Part shown: positions 38,701-50,400 of the stretch, piece after piece
Numbering within the stretch: position 1 is the stretch's first letter
Layout of the letters: the number at the start of each line of letters is the position of its first letter
DNA from: Lama guanicoe
Lineage: Eukaryota
DNA: 64,000 nucleotides
Direction of reading: 5' to 3'
NCBI GenBank assembly: GCA_013239625.1
Contig: MU054338.1
Location: 932,001-996,000, forward strand
Notes under the pieces: generated by a model
What the model was told of the DNA's origin: nothing
The model's input: only the letters and a program-made list of their open reading frames with translations
Databases searched by the model: none
Made by a program: the position numbers and the translations under genes

Positions 38701-39334
38701 ACCCCAGTCCCGGCCACCCTGCCTGGAGCCGGGTCCCCGCGCCAGCCTCCTCCCCTGCCGCAGTTCAGCCCATTTCCACCTCACAGCTTCGCAGCCCTCC
38801 GTGCCCTCCTCCCGCGCCCCCCTTCCTCTCACTGTGCCTGGCTCCCTTCTCCTCATTCTCCAGCCCTCAACTCGGGCGCTGCCTCCTCCAGGAAGCCTCC
38901 GGGGCACCCAGAGCAGGCCAGGCCCCCGTCCCGCTGATAACTTCTGTCACCGTTTGTCTTTTCTGCAACCGTATGCTGCTTCTGCCACCCCGTCACTTGC
39001 ACCAGATGCGGGCCCCCAGGGCAGGGCCTAGGTTTCCTCACTCACTGTTACCCCACGAGGCAAAACGCACCGCAGGGGCTCCGAAGGCCTGGAGGCTGGC
39101 AGCGAGGCAGCTGAGGGGCAGCGGGCTCCTGGTTCTGGGGCCGGACTCGGGGCCAGACAGGTGGGTGTCCCGGGCAGGAGACGGAGCGTGAGTCCTGCCC
39201 CCGGCCCCTCAGCCTGGCTCACCAACAGATTCGCTGTCAAGCCCCGACTCCCCTGCGTCTTGGCTGTGTGACCACAGGTGGCACTGGATGGGTCATCTTC
39301 AGGAACCCAGTAGCTGCCCAGTCGACTTTCCCTG

Positions 39335-39480
39335 CAGGTTATCAGCTCACTGAATCTCACCGCAGCCCTGTGAGGTGGTGACCATGGGGCACCCATTTTG
39401 TAGATGGGGAAACTGAGGCCCAGAGGGACACAGTCATTTGAGTAAAGCCCCCCTGACCAGGTGGTGAACTCAGGAAGGGT
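39335..39480 (-). mobile_element. MIR SINE fragment
   Basis: CCCATTTTGTAGATGGGGAAACTGAGGCCCAGAG core. Confidence 0.7.
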
Positions 39481-40075
39481 TCCGTGCCAAGGACCATCTG
39501 AGGGCAGGGTCCCCGGGAAGTGTTCATGCCTGTTTTACAGAAGAGGCAGGTCGATGGGGTCACCTGTCAGCACAATGTAGCTTTTATGTCTGGCACCTCC
39601 CACAATCTCCCCGACGGGCCACTGTGTGTCCTCTGGGGTGGGCAGGGAGCGCGTGTTGGGCGGGATCTGTGGACTCAACTGAGCTCCTCCCTGTGGTCCA
39701 GGGGTTGGAGGAGACTCTGACAAGGCTGGCCTCCTCCCTCCCCCACAACCTCCTTGCCTTTTTGGGGTGGAAAAGGCATAAAGGCCAGTGCTGTAAAGGG
39801 ACAAAAACCTTCAAGTGTGGCTACGTAAATACCAAAAGCTTCCAAGGGGTGACAGCCCCTGATGAGGTTAGATGAGGTGCTACAACTGGGAAGAAAGCAT
39901 TTCAACATTGTCACAGAGTAAGAAGTCATGTCCTTCATATACAAAAGGTTCCTACAAATCAATAAGAAAAAAAACAACCAAACAGAAAACTGGGCAGAGG
40001 AACGAACAATTCAGTTTACACAAGAAGACACACAAATCAAACGGCCACTGCAGAAACAAGAAGAAAAGGAGCTTT

Positions 40076-40165
40076 GGGGGTGAGGTGTAGCTCAGTGCTA
40101 GAGTGCGTGTTAAGCATGCACGAGGTCCTGGGTTCAATCCCCGGTACCTCCAGAAAAAGAAAGAA

Positions 40166-40167
<2 letters not shown>
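40076..40167 (+). mobile_element. tRNA-Ala-derived SINE (vic-1-like)
   Basis: GGGGGTGAGGTGTAGCTCAGTGCTAGAGTGCGTGTTAAGCATGCACGAGGTCCTGGGTTCAATCCCCGGTACCTCC followed by a purine tail. Confidence 0.88.

Positions 40168-40168
<1 letters not shown>

Positions 40169-40230
<62 letters not shown>
40169..40230. repeat. (GA)31 microsatellite followed by GA/GGAA purine tract to ~40297
   Basis: Read directly from the sequence. Confidence 0.97.
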
Positions 40231-40234
<4 letters not shown>

Positions 40235-43200
40235 TGAGGGAGAGAGAGAGAGAGAAAGGAAAGGAAGGAAGGGAGGGAGGAAGGAAGGAAGAAAGGGCTT
40301 GGAGTCATTCATGACCAAAGACATGCAAACAAATAGATAGCGAACCACCTTTCGTCTTTATAGTTGGCAGAACGGTAAAAGGTTGATCACACCCTGCAAG
40401 GGTGAAGGCGGGTGTGGGGGAGCCCTAGGGGTGCTGACTACAACCAGAAACCCTACGTCCCTTTGAACTTGCCCTCCCATTCCAGCCCTAACACTCAGGA
40501 ATCTAATAAAAATTATCTCACAAGCAGGGATGTTCATCGGAACATGGTTTGGGCAGTGAATACAACCCTTGCCCACCAAAAGAGGGCGAGGGAGAAGACC
40601 TCGACCCGGGGTGGGGGTGGGGCAAGGAATGCTGTCCCGCCTGTCAGCAGAGCCGAGTGCATGCCTGTTCTGAGCCAGAAGGCTGTTGGAGTGGACTGTT
40701 CAGATAAAACGCAAGTTCCAGACTCACAGTGCCATTTTGGGAGTAAAGTTTTTGTGAAGCAAAAAAGTGTGTATTGAAAAGTTACAGGCGGAAATGCCCC
40801 AAGGGCTCAGCTGGTTCTCCAGGGATCCTCAAGAAATGGGCTGAGGCGCTGAGGGGTTGGATTTTATTTTCTATGTGAGTGCGTGTAGGCCAGTATTTTT
40901 TTTTATTATTAAAAGAAAGTTTAGTTTTTCAACTTGTGGCTGAAGCTGCGTGAGAAATCTTGGCATGAGGTTGGGTTTCCACTGTGGGGGGCACCCTGAC
41001 CCCCTCAGTGACAGGCTCTTTGGGCGCTCCCTGGAGGGCACCGGCTTTCAGCGGCCCCAGGGTCCCGGGGGAGTCCCCTGGTGCCCCAGGGAGGCCCCCT
41101 CAGGGTGATCCTGAGACTGAACCAAGTACCAGGAGTACTGCAGAGAGAGTCCAGGGGTCACTTCCCTGCTCGGAGCCCGAGTGAGTTCTCATCAGCTAAA
41201 GGAGACCGGTGAGGCCACCGCCCAGCATGGGCAGGGCTGGGCCACCGGGTCCTCGGGCAGGTGCAAGGGGAGTGTGGAGGGGCCGCCCCTTCCCCGAGGG
41301 CAGGGACGGCCCCCAAGACTACGCAGAGGAACTGGGTCGTGGGAGCCTCCTCTCTGAAGGTCGCTGGTCTCAGTTTCCCCATTTGCATGGAGCCTGCTGC
41401 TTCCAAACCCCAGAACCACCCAACTCTAGGTTTCCTGGCCTTGACTTCCCCATCCTCCCACTGGGTGGGGGTTGGCCCCTCTCAGTCCCAGCTGGCCCCC
41501 GGCAGGCCCCAACCTCTCTGTGCTTCACCTGTAAAGTCTGCAGAGTGAAGAGTGAGAAGGAGAAATTCACCCATCAGCTCCTAATTCCTTTCCCGCCTGG
41601 AGCGTGGCAGTGGCAGGCTGGGCACAGACACCCCTAGCCGGGGCTGGGGTCCAGGCAGGCCCGGAGGGACGGGAGAACCCGGAGAAGGGCAAACCGAGGT
41701 CAGAAGCGCCCACCATGCGCGTGTGCTCTTGCCTGGCCCTGTTCTAGCCCCTGATGCACTGCCTTCAGCCACAATGGCTTCTTGCCCCCTGCTGCTAGAA
41801 CACCACTGTTCTTGACCTCAGGGCCTTTGCATGGCTGGCCCCTTGGCCTGGAACACCCTCTGTCACCCACCCTCAAGCCTGTTATGCTGGTTTGTGACCT
41901 GTCCCCTCACCCCATCCATGCCCACGAGTGTCTGATGTGCTCGCTCAGTGCCCTCGCCCCAGGTCCTCAGGCCAGCGCCCCCAAGCCTGGACTGGCCATT
42001 CCTGCATCCCCAGAGCCCAACTGGGGTCTGGCACACACAGGGGACACCCATTAAATAGAGGAGCTGGGTGAGGACAGTGGTCCCCATTTCATGGTAAGAA
42101 AACTGAGGCTCAGAGGGGGAGGCTAAGGCCAGACGGAGAGAACCACTGAGCAGCCCCAAGCCAGGCAAAGGCATTTCCTCCGGCTCAGGGGGCTACAGGC
42201 TCTCAGGGCAGCTGGTGGGGCGCCTAACGGGCCTGGGGGCCTGCGTGTGTGGCAGTGGCAGCTGGGGCTCCTGGGGCCCAACCCCCGCCCAGAGAGCAGG
42301 AGGGAGGGGGAGGGGGAGGCAGCAGCTGGCGGTTGGCGCTGGGCCAGCTGGGAGCCTCTGCTGGGAGGGGCCGAGCTGGGACGGTCTCTCGGTGTCTCCC
42401 TCCCTCTCTGTCCCGCCTCTTCTCTTGTTTCTTTCTTGGTCTCTGTCTCTCTCTAGCTCCTCTCTCTGGAAGTCTGCCTCCTCTGGCCATCCGGGCTAGG
42501 GGCTGGGCCCACGTCAGGGCTTCAGAATCCCCCCTCCACCCCGTGCCTCTGTTCCCCCCACTGTGGTCTCCATCCTTCCCCAGTGAGGAGCCTGGGAGAC
42601 CCTGAGCAAGTCTCCCCATCGTGAGCCTCAGTTTTCACCTGCGGAATGTTTGTGGGCACCTCTTTGGACCAGGATGTCTGGGCACAGGCCCCGTGGTGGG
42701 GAGGGTCACAGCCAGTCCGAGAGAAGTGACAGTCATAAAGGAGTCCCTTTACAGACATCTGAACCTGTCGTGGGGGTCCGAGCTGGGTGGCCTAAGAGAG
42801 TCCTAAGGAGAGGGCACAGAGGCTAGGAGTGATCCTGGTGGGGGCCCGGCCTGTGCAAAGGCCTTGAGGCCTTGGGCCACCCTCAGCCAGGTTCCTGGGT
42901 CCCCACCCCCAGGTCACAAAGCAAGCAGACTTGGCTGACCCTGCTCAGTGCCCCACTGAGGCCCCAGGGACCAGGCCCTGGGGAAGGCGCAGGAGTGGGT
43001 GTGTGGGCAGCGAGGAGGGCGCTGGGGGGACAGGGAGCTGGTGACCCGCCCCCAGGACCCTCACCGCCCAGGATACATCACTCTTTCCCCTTCCCCTCCT
43101 AGCACAGCAATCCCGCCAAACCTTGCTGACAACAGAATTCATCTTGGCAGATATATTCCCCCTCCTCCACTGCAGGGGCTGCAGCTTAATCACCCTCTGA

Positions 43201-43993
43201 TTTGCATTTTTGCATATTAATAACAACTGAGCTGCTAATTTTGCTGCATTATTTCAAAGGCGCAGAAACTCTGGAACTGCTGAGGGGTGGGGAGGGGGCC
43301 TTCCTTAACAGTCTTGGGAGGCTGGGTCTCTGGGTACAGGATCCCTGCCCTTCAGTGTCACCCCTGCCCCTTGGGTCAGGGGAACCATGCCCCCCAGGTG
43401 TCTCAGTGTCTCTGCTCTTGAAATTGGAGCATCAGCCTTGGCAGCCCAGGGGAACGGAACGCTGGAATTTTCTACAGGCGGTTCCATCCTCAGCACCTCA
43501 CAGTGGGCAATTGAGAATTTAGGCTCAGACACTGTCTTAAAATCTTTGAATTTTGTCATAGACCCTGAATGCGGCTATTGTCCCCACCTCCTGCATTCAG
43601 GCCAGAAACCCAGGGGGCCTTCCGTGGCGGCCTGCACCCCACATCCGGCCCCCAGGCTCTCTGAGCCCAGCCCAATACGCCCTCCAGCCCCCACTTGCCC
43701 GCCTCAGGGCCTTTGCGCACGCTGTGTCCCCGTCTGGTGTGCTCCTGCTTTCCCTACAAGGGAGAATCTCTCCAGCGACTCTGGGAGCCACCCAGCCGGC
43801 GCATGTGTCCAGCCTTGTCACGTCTATGTCCCCATAGCGAAGCTGGGAAATCGAGGCACAGAACGGTGAAGACGGGTGCTCAGCGTCACACAAGGTCCTC
43901 CCAGACCGCTCCGCTCCCAGGGGCCGCTGAGGGCTGGACCCTGGGGACTCCGGGTCCAGGGGTTCAGGCCCGAGATGCGCACTAGGGCGCGTG

Positions 43994-44007
43994 CTGCCAC
44001 CTGGTGG
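43994..44007 (-). promoter_or_regulatory. CTCF core motif (CCACCAGGTGGCAG)
   Basis: Near-consensus match to the CTCF core CCASYAGRKGGCRS on the minus strand. Confidence 0.7.
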
Positions 44008-44405
44008 TCCCCCGGGGGGAGGGGCCGCGGGTCTTCCTCCGGCGTCGTGGCCCCCACCGACGCTGGGGGATCCGGGGAGATCCCCGGGTGCGGGGATACC
44101 GAGCCGGGACAGACTTCCCCGGACCCGGGTGCGTAGGTGCCAACGGGCGGAATGGAGAGGCTTCAATGGTGAGGTCAGAAATGGGGGGCCCGACCCGGCT
44201 GCCACGTCCTGACCCTGTGCTGATCCCTCCCGCCTTGCCTTTGACCCCTCCGAACCTTCCTGTCCCATTCGCATCCTAATCTGACCACTTTACGACCACA
44301 CTGACCCCGGGCCTGACCCGGTGACGGTGGGAGCGCCCGGGACTGAGACCCTCCCCTGCGCTGCCGAGGACTAACGTGCTGCGGGGCCCAGACCACAGCC
44401 GGCGT

Positions 44406-44419
44406 CCACCAGGGGGCGC
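44406..44419 (+). promoter_or_regulatory. CTCF core motif (CCACCAGGGGGCGC)
   Basis: Consensus match to the CTCF core on the plus strand. Confidence 0.75.
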
Positions 44420-47400
44420 CCGCCGCCCAGAAACCCGCGGAGCGCCCGCGGAGCGCGGCGACCATCTGCGCACGCGCAAGCACTGTCCCCGCGGGGGTCT
44501 GAGTGTGCGCATGCGCTGCGGCCGGCGCGGGGCGGTCCCCACGTGCCCCGGCGTGTCCTCGCACGTGTGAGCGGGCTGTGCTCGCGTGTACGCGGCTCTC
44601 AGCTGTGCTCACGCGTTTGGTCCCGCTGGCACGCTGGCGTGTCCGTGCGCATGCGCGCACATTTGTGTTTGCGCTTGTGAGACATGTTTGTTCACGCATG
44701 TACACACACCACGTCCAGACGCTTGCTCTGTTCGCCTGCGCTCTGGAGTGGTCACACGTGGCGGCTCTACGTGCTGCCGGCACACTGGCACGTGTGCGTG
44801 TCCTGGCAAGCAGGGGTCCACATGTTCCGGCAAGTTTATTGCTTGCGTGTCCTCACGTGCTTGCGTGTGCTCACACCTGCTCACTGAGGTGGGGCACCCG
44901 CACGCGTGCTTAGGCCTGCTCGTGTGTGTGCGCGCGCGCGCGCACCTGTGCTCACAGAGCCCCAGCCCGCACTCGGGTCCCCCCTCGGAGACCCTGGTCC
45001 TAGCAGGATACACTCTGTGGATGATGTCCCACAGATCCCAGACCCCCCACTCACCAGTTCAGCTGCTCCCCGAACCTGTCCTCCCTGAGGTCCTGACGCC
45101 CGTGCCGCCTCTTCCCTGCCTTCCCGCCCCTGCTTCTCTGGCCTCCACTCAGTCTCCCCTCGCTGGTGGCCACAGATTCTGTATCACCTGTCCCAAACAT
45201 CTGGCTCCTACACAGGGAGCTTCTGACCACAATAACTTCTAGGCCTTTGCTGTGGCTGTTGCCTTTGCCCCAGGCCTCCCCAGGAATCTGCTGGCATGTT
45301 CCGGCTCAATGTCACCTCTGATCAGTACTGCCCCTGAGGACAAGACCCCTGCCCCCAGTTTCTTTCCTTTGTTGCCCTGATCTTGGTCTTGGCTGTTGCC
45401 TGTTACCCATGAGGAGCTGTGCTCTCTGCGGGCATCCAGGTGGGCACCTGACAAACAGCTCAGAGGCCCGGTTGCTGAAGGGCATGCCTAATGGGCCCCA
45501 TGATTATGAGAAATCTATGCCCGGCTCCGACAACCCCGCCGCAGTCAGCCAGCCCTGGAGCTGTTCCACCATCAGGGAGCCTACCCCACAGAGTGGGGAC
45601 CCTCTCTGGTACCCCACCCACTGGGCCCTCCCTCTCTACTCACCTGGCCGGATGAGAGGCTGTGTTCCTCCTTCTTACAGTTCCCTCTCCACCCCTCAAG
45701 CTCCTATTCATCCCCTGGGGCCCTGTGCCATTGGCTCCTCTTTTAGGACGCCTAGACTGGTCTCCTGGGCATGAATGGAAGCGAGGCCGCCGTGGTGAGA
45801 AAGGAAGTGTAACCTCGGGTGGTCCAGGTTCATCAGTGGTGCATCAAAGGTGGACTCCAGGGAAGGGAGAATGCAGGTTCCCAGGCCCCACCCCGCAGCT
45901 GTGAGCAGAGCTGACAAGCTGCCAGGAGGCTCCGATGTCAGCACTGTACCCCTTAGCCGTGCCCCAACTCCCTCTGTGCCTCTGTCCTTCCCTGTGTCTG
46001 TCTGTCCCCTTCCTCTCCTCCCTCCCTCTCCTCCCTGCCTCTGTCCCTCTGTCACCCCAGCCCTGGCCAACCCCCCAGCCCCCATGGGCCATCTCCTTGG
46101 CAACAGTGGCCACGGGGTCAGCCGGTCGATCAATCTCTCACCCAGGCAGCCCCGACCCTGGACCTGAAAGATGACAAGGAAGTGGGGTCAGGCCCGAGAG
46201 TCCAGGGTGGGGGGTTAGGACAGGGGTCCCTCAGCCAGGGCGGGGTGGCGAGACCTGGAGAGGGAGACAGAGTCTCTGGGGTAGGGCCAGCAAGGTCAGA
46301 GGTCAAGTGATCCCAGGGCACACACTACCCTAAGTCTGGTCCAGGCCTGTTCTGAGCACTCACTACGTGTGAGGCAACTGGGAGGAAGGCTGAGAACAAG
46401 GCCACCTGGCCGGGCACTGGTCAGAGCTGGCCCTGGAAACCAGGGCTGCATCCACGGCAGGCTGGGCAAGTCCATATTCCAGCTCCTGAGCCGGCTGCCT
46501 CACTGCTTCTGGAAGATTCCATTACTACTACTGAGCAGGCCACCATCACCACTTCTGGAATATTCCACCGTCGCTGCTTCTGAAGAGTCCACTGTTACAG
46601 CCCACAGGGGCCTTCAGGTTTTTCCCTTTTGGGTCTGGGAAGGGGAAGGTCCCCAAAGTCACCAAGAAGAAGTGGCTTTCTTCCTTCCTCAGCGACGGTG
46701 GGGACAGCTCAGCAGAGCAGGCAGAGGGGTGGGGGCCACAGAGGGCCCGGTCATAGGTCGATGAGCCCAGCCTGTGAGAACATTGATCACTAAGTGTGTT
46801 TGTATAGATCCTGGGACAGGTAGCCCGCCCTACAGGAAGGGGAGGCAGGGCCAAGGGAGCCTCGGGGGAACTTGAGGGGCTGAGTGGGGACACTAGAGCT
46901 GGGGTGGGGGCAGCAGAGTCCCGAAGATACCTGGGCAGAGAAGGGGCAGATGTGGAAGAGGTTTGCAGTGGGCCTCCCTGGCCCCCTTTTCCAGAGGAGG
47001 CACCGCCAGCTCAGAGAAGTCAAGCTGGTGGCTCAGGGCCACACAGTGTAGTAGGTGGGGGTCGCATCGAGGAAGCACTGCTGAAGCAAAAGCCTTTCTT
47101 TACTCAGAGTCTCCCGGTTCCTGTGGCAGGAGCTGAGGGGCAGCTGGGGACCCCTACCCCACCGGCTAGGCGGGGCCGCTGGCTCTTTAAGAGCCTCGTT
47201 TTGGCGCGGCCTCTGGTTATCGATTGCAGCCTTGGAAACACGATTAGATTATCCGGGCTGGGAACGGCAGCCTGGCGGGGCCGCGGGGGAAGCAGGCTTC
47301 TTGTAAACGGCTCCCCGAAGGGCACTGGGGCTGGGTCTCCGGGGCTCGTTTCTGGGGTCTTCCTGGGTGCCGAAGGCCTAGTGCTCCCTGGACAAGGAGG

Positions 47401-50400
47401 TGGATAACTGGTGCCCCCATTATGTGAGTTTGGAAATTGGGGCGCACAGTCGGGTGCACCTTTATCCAGCCACATTTATTGAGCGCCTCATGTGTGAATC
47501 CAATAATCACTATACAGAAAAACTATACAGAAAAACTATGTAATCAAGTAGCATTATTATCATAAATAATAACTGTGGCTCGTGACTGGCCCCTGCATGC
47601 CTGTGAAGACTCTACATGCGTGTCCTCTCTGGTTGCCCCAACAACTGGTGTGTGTGGGGGGTCTATGATCCCATTTTACAGATTGGGAAATTGAGGCGTG
47701 AGCTCTCGCAAGCCAGAGGGGCTGAGCCAGAACGCGCATACCCCAGGATCATTCCCGGGGCGCTTCCCCGTGGGTCATTTGGGAAGGGAAGAGGCGGGGC
47801 AGGTTTGGGGGGACCAGCCCTTCCACCAACCCTACCCCCTTCTGCACTGGCAAGGGCCTCTGGGAGGCGCTTGAGTCTGGCGGGGGGGCAGGGCTGAGGC
47901 AGATGTACCGCCCAGAGTGGACTGAGAAGGTGGCGAGCCGGGAGGCCTGCGGGGGGGAGGAAGGGTGGGCCACGCAGACGTGTGCAGGGCTGGGGGCGCC
48001 CTACACCACCGATTTCTGAAGCGTCGGGAGAAAGCTCCAATCACCCGAGTCCCGGCCCACACGCGCAGGACCAGATCCCCTCACTCCCCTCACACTCCTC
48101 CGGGGGTGGGGAGAGGCTCACCAGAGCGCATGCGCATGGGCTTCCTCGCCCCCTGCTGAGTGCGCACCGGGGGACCCCTGGCCGCCCTCACCTGAGCGCA
48201 CCTGCGGCGGCAGCTAACGAGCCGATTCCTACATCCACCCACACTCACCCCAGAGACGCCCTCAGAGGCCCAGTTCCAAGTGCGCCTACAGTGAACGTTT
48301 GTCAATTGACTGAACAGTAGTACTCAGCTATAATAATAATAGCAGTAAATTAAATCCAAACAACTCAGGCTGGACTTCCACCTCTTGATTACCCTCCCGG
48401 CCTCAAAGACCCCCAAACCTTTCAGTCACTCCCAACACTTGCTGAGTGCCGACTGTATGCCCTACTACCCCCTTCCTCCCTTCAACAGCCCCTCGAGGCA
48501 GGAAATGTGACTGATCTGGTCTGAAAGGGGGAAACAGGCTCAGGGAGGTGGAGGGATTTGTCTGCAGAGCCCAGAAGGTGAGATTCTAAACCCTCAGTCA
48601 TCCGTGTCTCACCGCTGGGTTGTCTCTGAGGAAGGGGCTTCCACATGTATTTCTGAGGCTCTGAATGTGGGGAGACTGAGGTGCCGATCCCAGGAGGTGT
48701 CTGGTGTCTGCCAGAGCTCTGACGAGGAGCCAGGAAGCAGTGTCAGGCAAAAGTGGAGATAAGCCAGGTTTGGACCACAACCACACAGTGCGACCTTGAG
48801 AGTGTCACTGGGGCCACCCATAGGGAAGGGGCCTGCCCTCGGGAGGAGAGGTCTCAGGAGAGGAGGTCCTGGGAGGGGAGCTTGCCCTGGCCCTCCCTCA
48901 GGGCTCCTGGACCAGCCGGCCAGAAGGGCCTTACACGCAGCAGGGTCTTCACAGATGCAGAGTGACGGCCCAGGAGTGACCATGCGAGGGATGCCTTGGG
49001 GTCTGGGCCAGAGGAGGGCTGGGGTGGAGGGGCACACTATGTCCTCCTCAGGCCTCCCCTGTACCCCCTAGCGTGGGGCTCCTCCAGGGGCCCACCGTGT
49101 GCCCTCTCGTGGCCCTCTGTCTCTCCCTGGCCCTCTGTCTCTCTCCGCGCCCCTCCCTCCCCATCTTTGTCTCCACGATGCGGCAGCCACACGTCTCCCA
49201 CCCTTTCGGTCTGGCTCACCCCCACCAACTCCCTCCCACGAGCCACGGGCCATGGCCTTTCTCGGTTCCCCAGCCCCCAGCCCTGAAGAGCCTCATGGCG
49301 GGCAGGAGAGGCCGGTGGCCCACAATCTCAGGGCTGCAAAGAATCGAGAAACTCTACAGACTCCCTCCACCCTTCCCAGAGCAGGGTCTGTGGCCACTGT
49401 GCTGTGTGGCCTTGGCTGGGCCCCTGCCCTCTCTGGGCAACGTTATCCTACTGTAGACTCAGACTGGGTGGCTGGAGACCCCCAACAAGCCGGCTCTTCT
49501 GGCAGCTGAGAGGGTTTCATGTGGGGCCCCATCCTTCCCTCTGGCCCAGCCCTGACCAGCACACAGGCTGGGAGAATCTGTGTCCTGCTCTGCCCCTAGC
49601 CTGGGGCCCTCTCGGGGCAGTCACCCATGGTGAGCAGACCCCAGCCGGGGGAGAGGAGAAGTTAAACAAACCCACCTGACCTTTAGGTATCACCCCCTCC
49701 CTCAGGGACCTCCCCTCACGTCCTCCTGGGGAAACTGAGGCAGCAGCAGGGCAGCATGGACTCTCCCCACCCCAGAGACCCCCTAGATCCACCCAGAGGG
49801 GCTGCTGGCTGAGGTGAGCCATGCTAGCCTGGGCCCAGAGGGAGATGGTGTGCCAGGAAGAGGGGACAGCAGGGACCAAGGCCGTGAGGCAGGAAGGCCC
49901 TGTGGGCCTTGGTGGGGTCTTGAGTTTTTTCTGGGGCACCCTGAAGAGCCACAGGTGGCTTTAGAGTGATGGCAGGATGAGGACAGAGCCATGTGTTTAG
50001 CCTAGCCCTCTGCTTGCTGGGAGGGAAGGGATGTTGGGGGCGGGCAGGGAGGCAGGGGGTGGCCATGTGGACACTGAGCGGGGGCTGAGATGGAGAGACA
50101 GCCAGGTCTGCCCTCCTGCCCCACCCCTGAGACCCAGAGAGGAGCTGGCAGCCAGGAAGGGGCCAAAGCCCAGGAAGGGGCCAAAGCCCGGGAAGGGGTT
50201 CAGGGCAGTGGCCATGGCCCCTCCAGCCCCTCTGAAGCAGTAATTAAGGGCTCCCGGCGTCCCCGTGGCGTGATGTATGTGTGCCTTAACTAATCATTTA
50301 TTAGGTCACTGATGGTTCGTCAATATTAATTCATTTATTTAAACAACTCGGCTCCGTAATGAAGATGTTGCCTGAGAGGGGATGCCGAGGGGTGGCAGGG

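Larger units (their letters stand above)
39790..40940 (+). mobile_element. Ancient L1 (L1ME-like) fragments interrupted by a SINE
   Basis: ATATACAAAAGGTTCCTACAAATCAATAAGAAAAA...AAAACTGGGCAGAGGA resembles L1 ORF2 3' sequence. Confidence 0.55.
43900..44970. promoter_or_regulatory. Intergenic CpG-rich island with NRF1 motifs and CACGTG E-boxes
   Basis: High CpG density; TGCGCATGCGC at 44506 and 44646; five CACGTG between 44540 and 44859. Confidence 0.6.

Noticed and set aside
40076..40152. tRNA-Ala(AGC)-like sequences (also at 27177, 51692, 52985) as real tRNA genes
   Set aside because: Extra 5' bases, mismatches in stems or boxes, A-rich tails and multiple diverged copies indicate SINEs.
47509..50198. 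Short tandem duplications (13 bp at 47509, 18 bp at ~49110 and 50152) as CRISPR-like or functional arrays
   Set aside because: Only 2-3 adjacent copies with no spacers; ordinary slippage in a mammalian genome.
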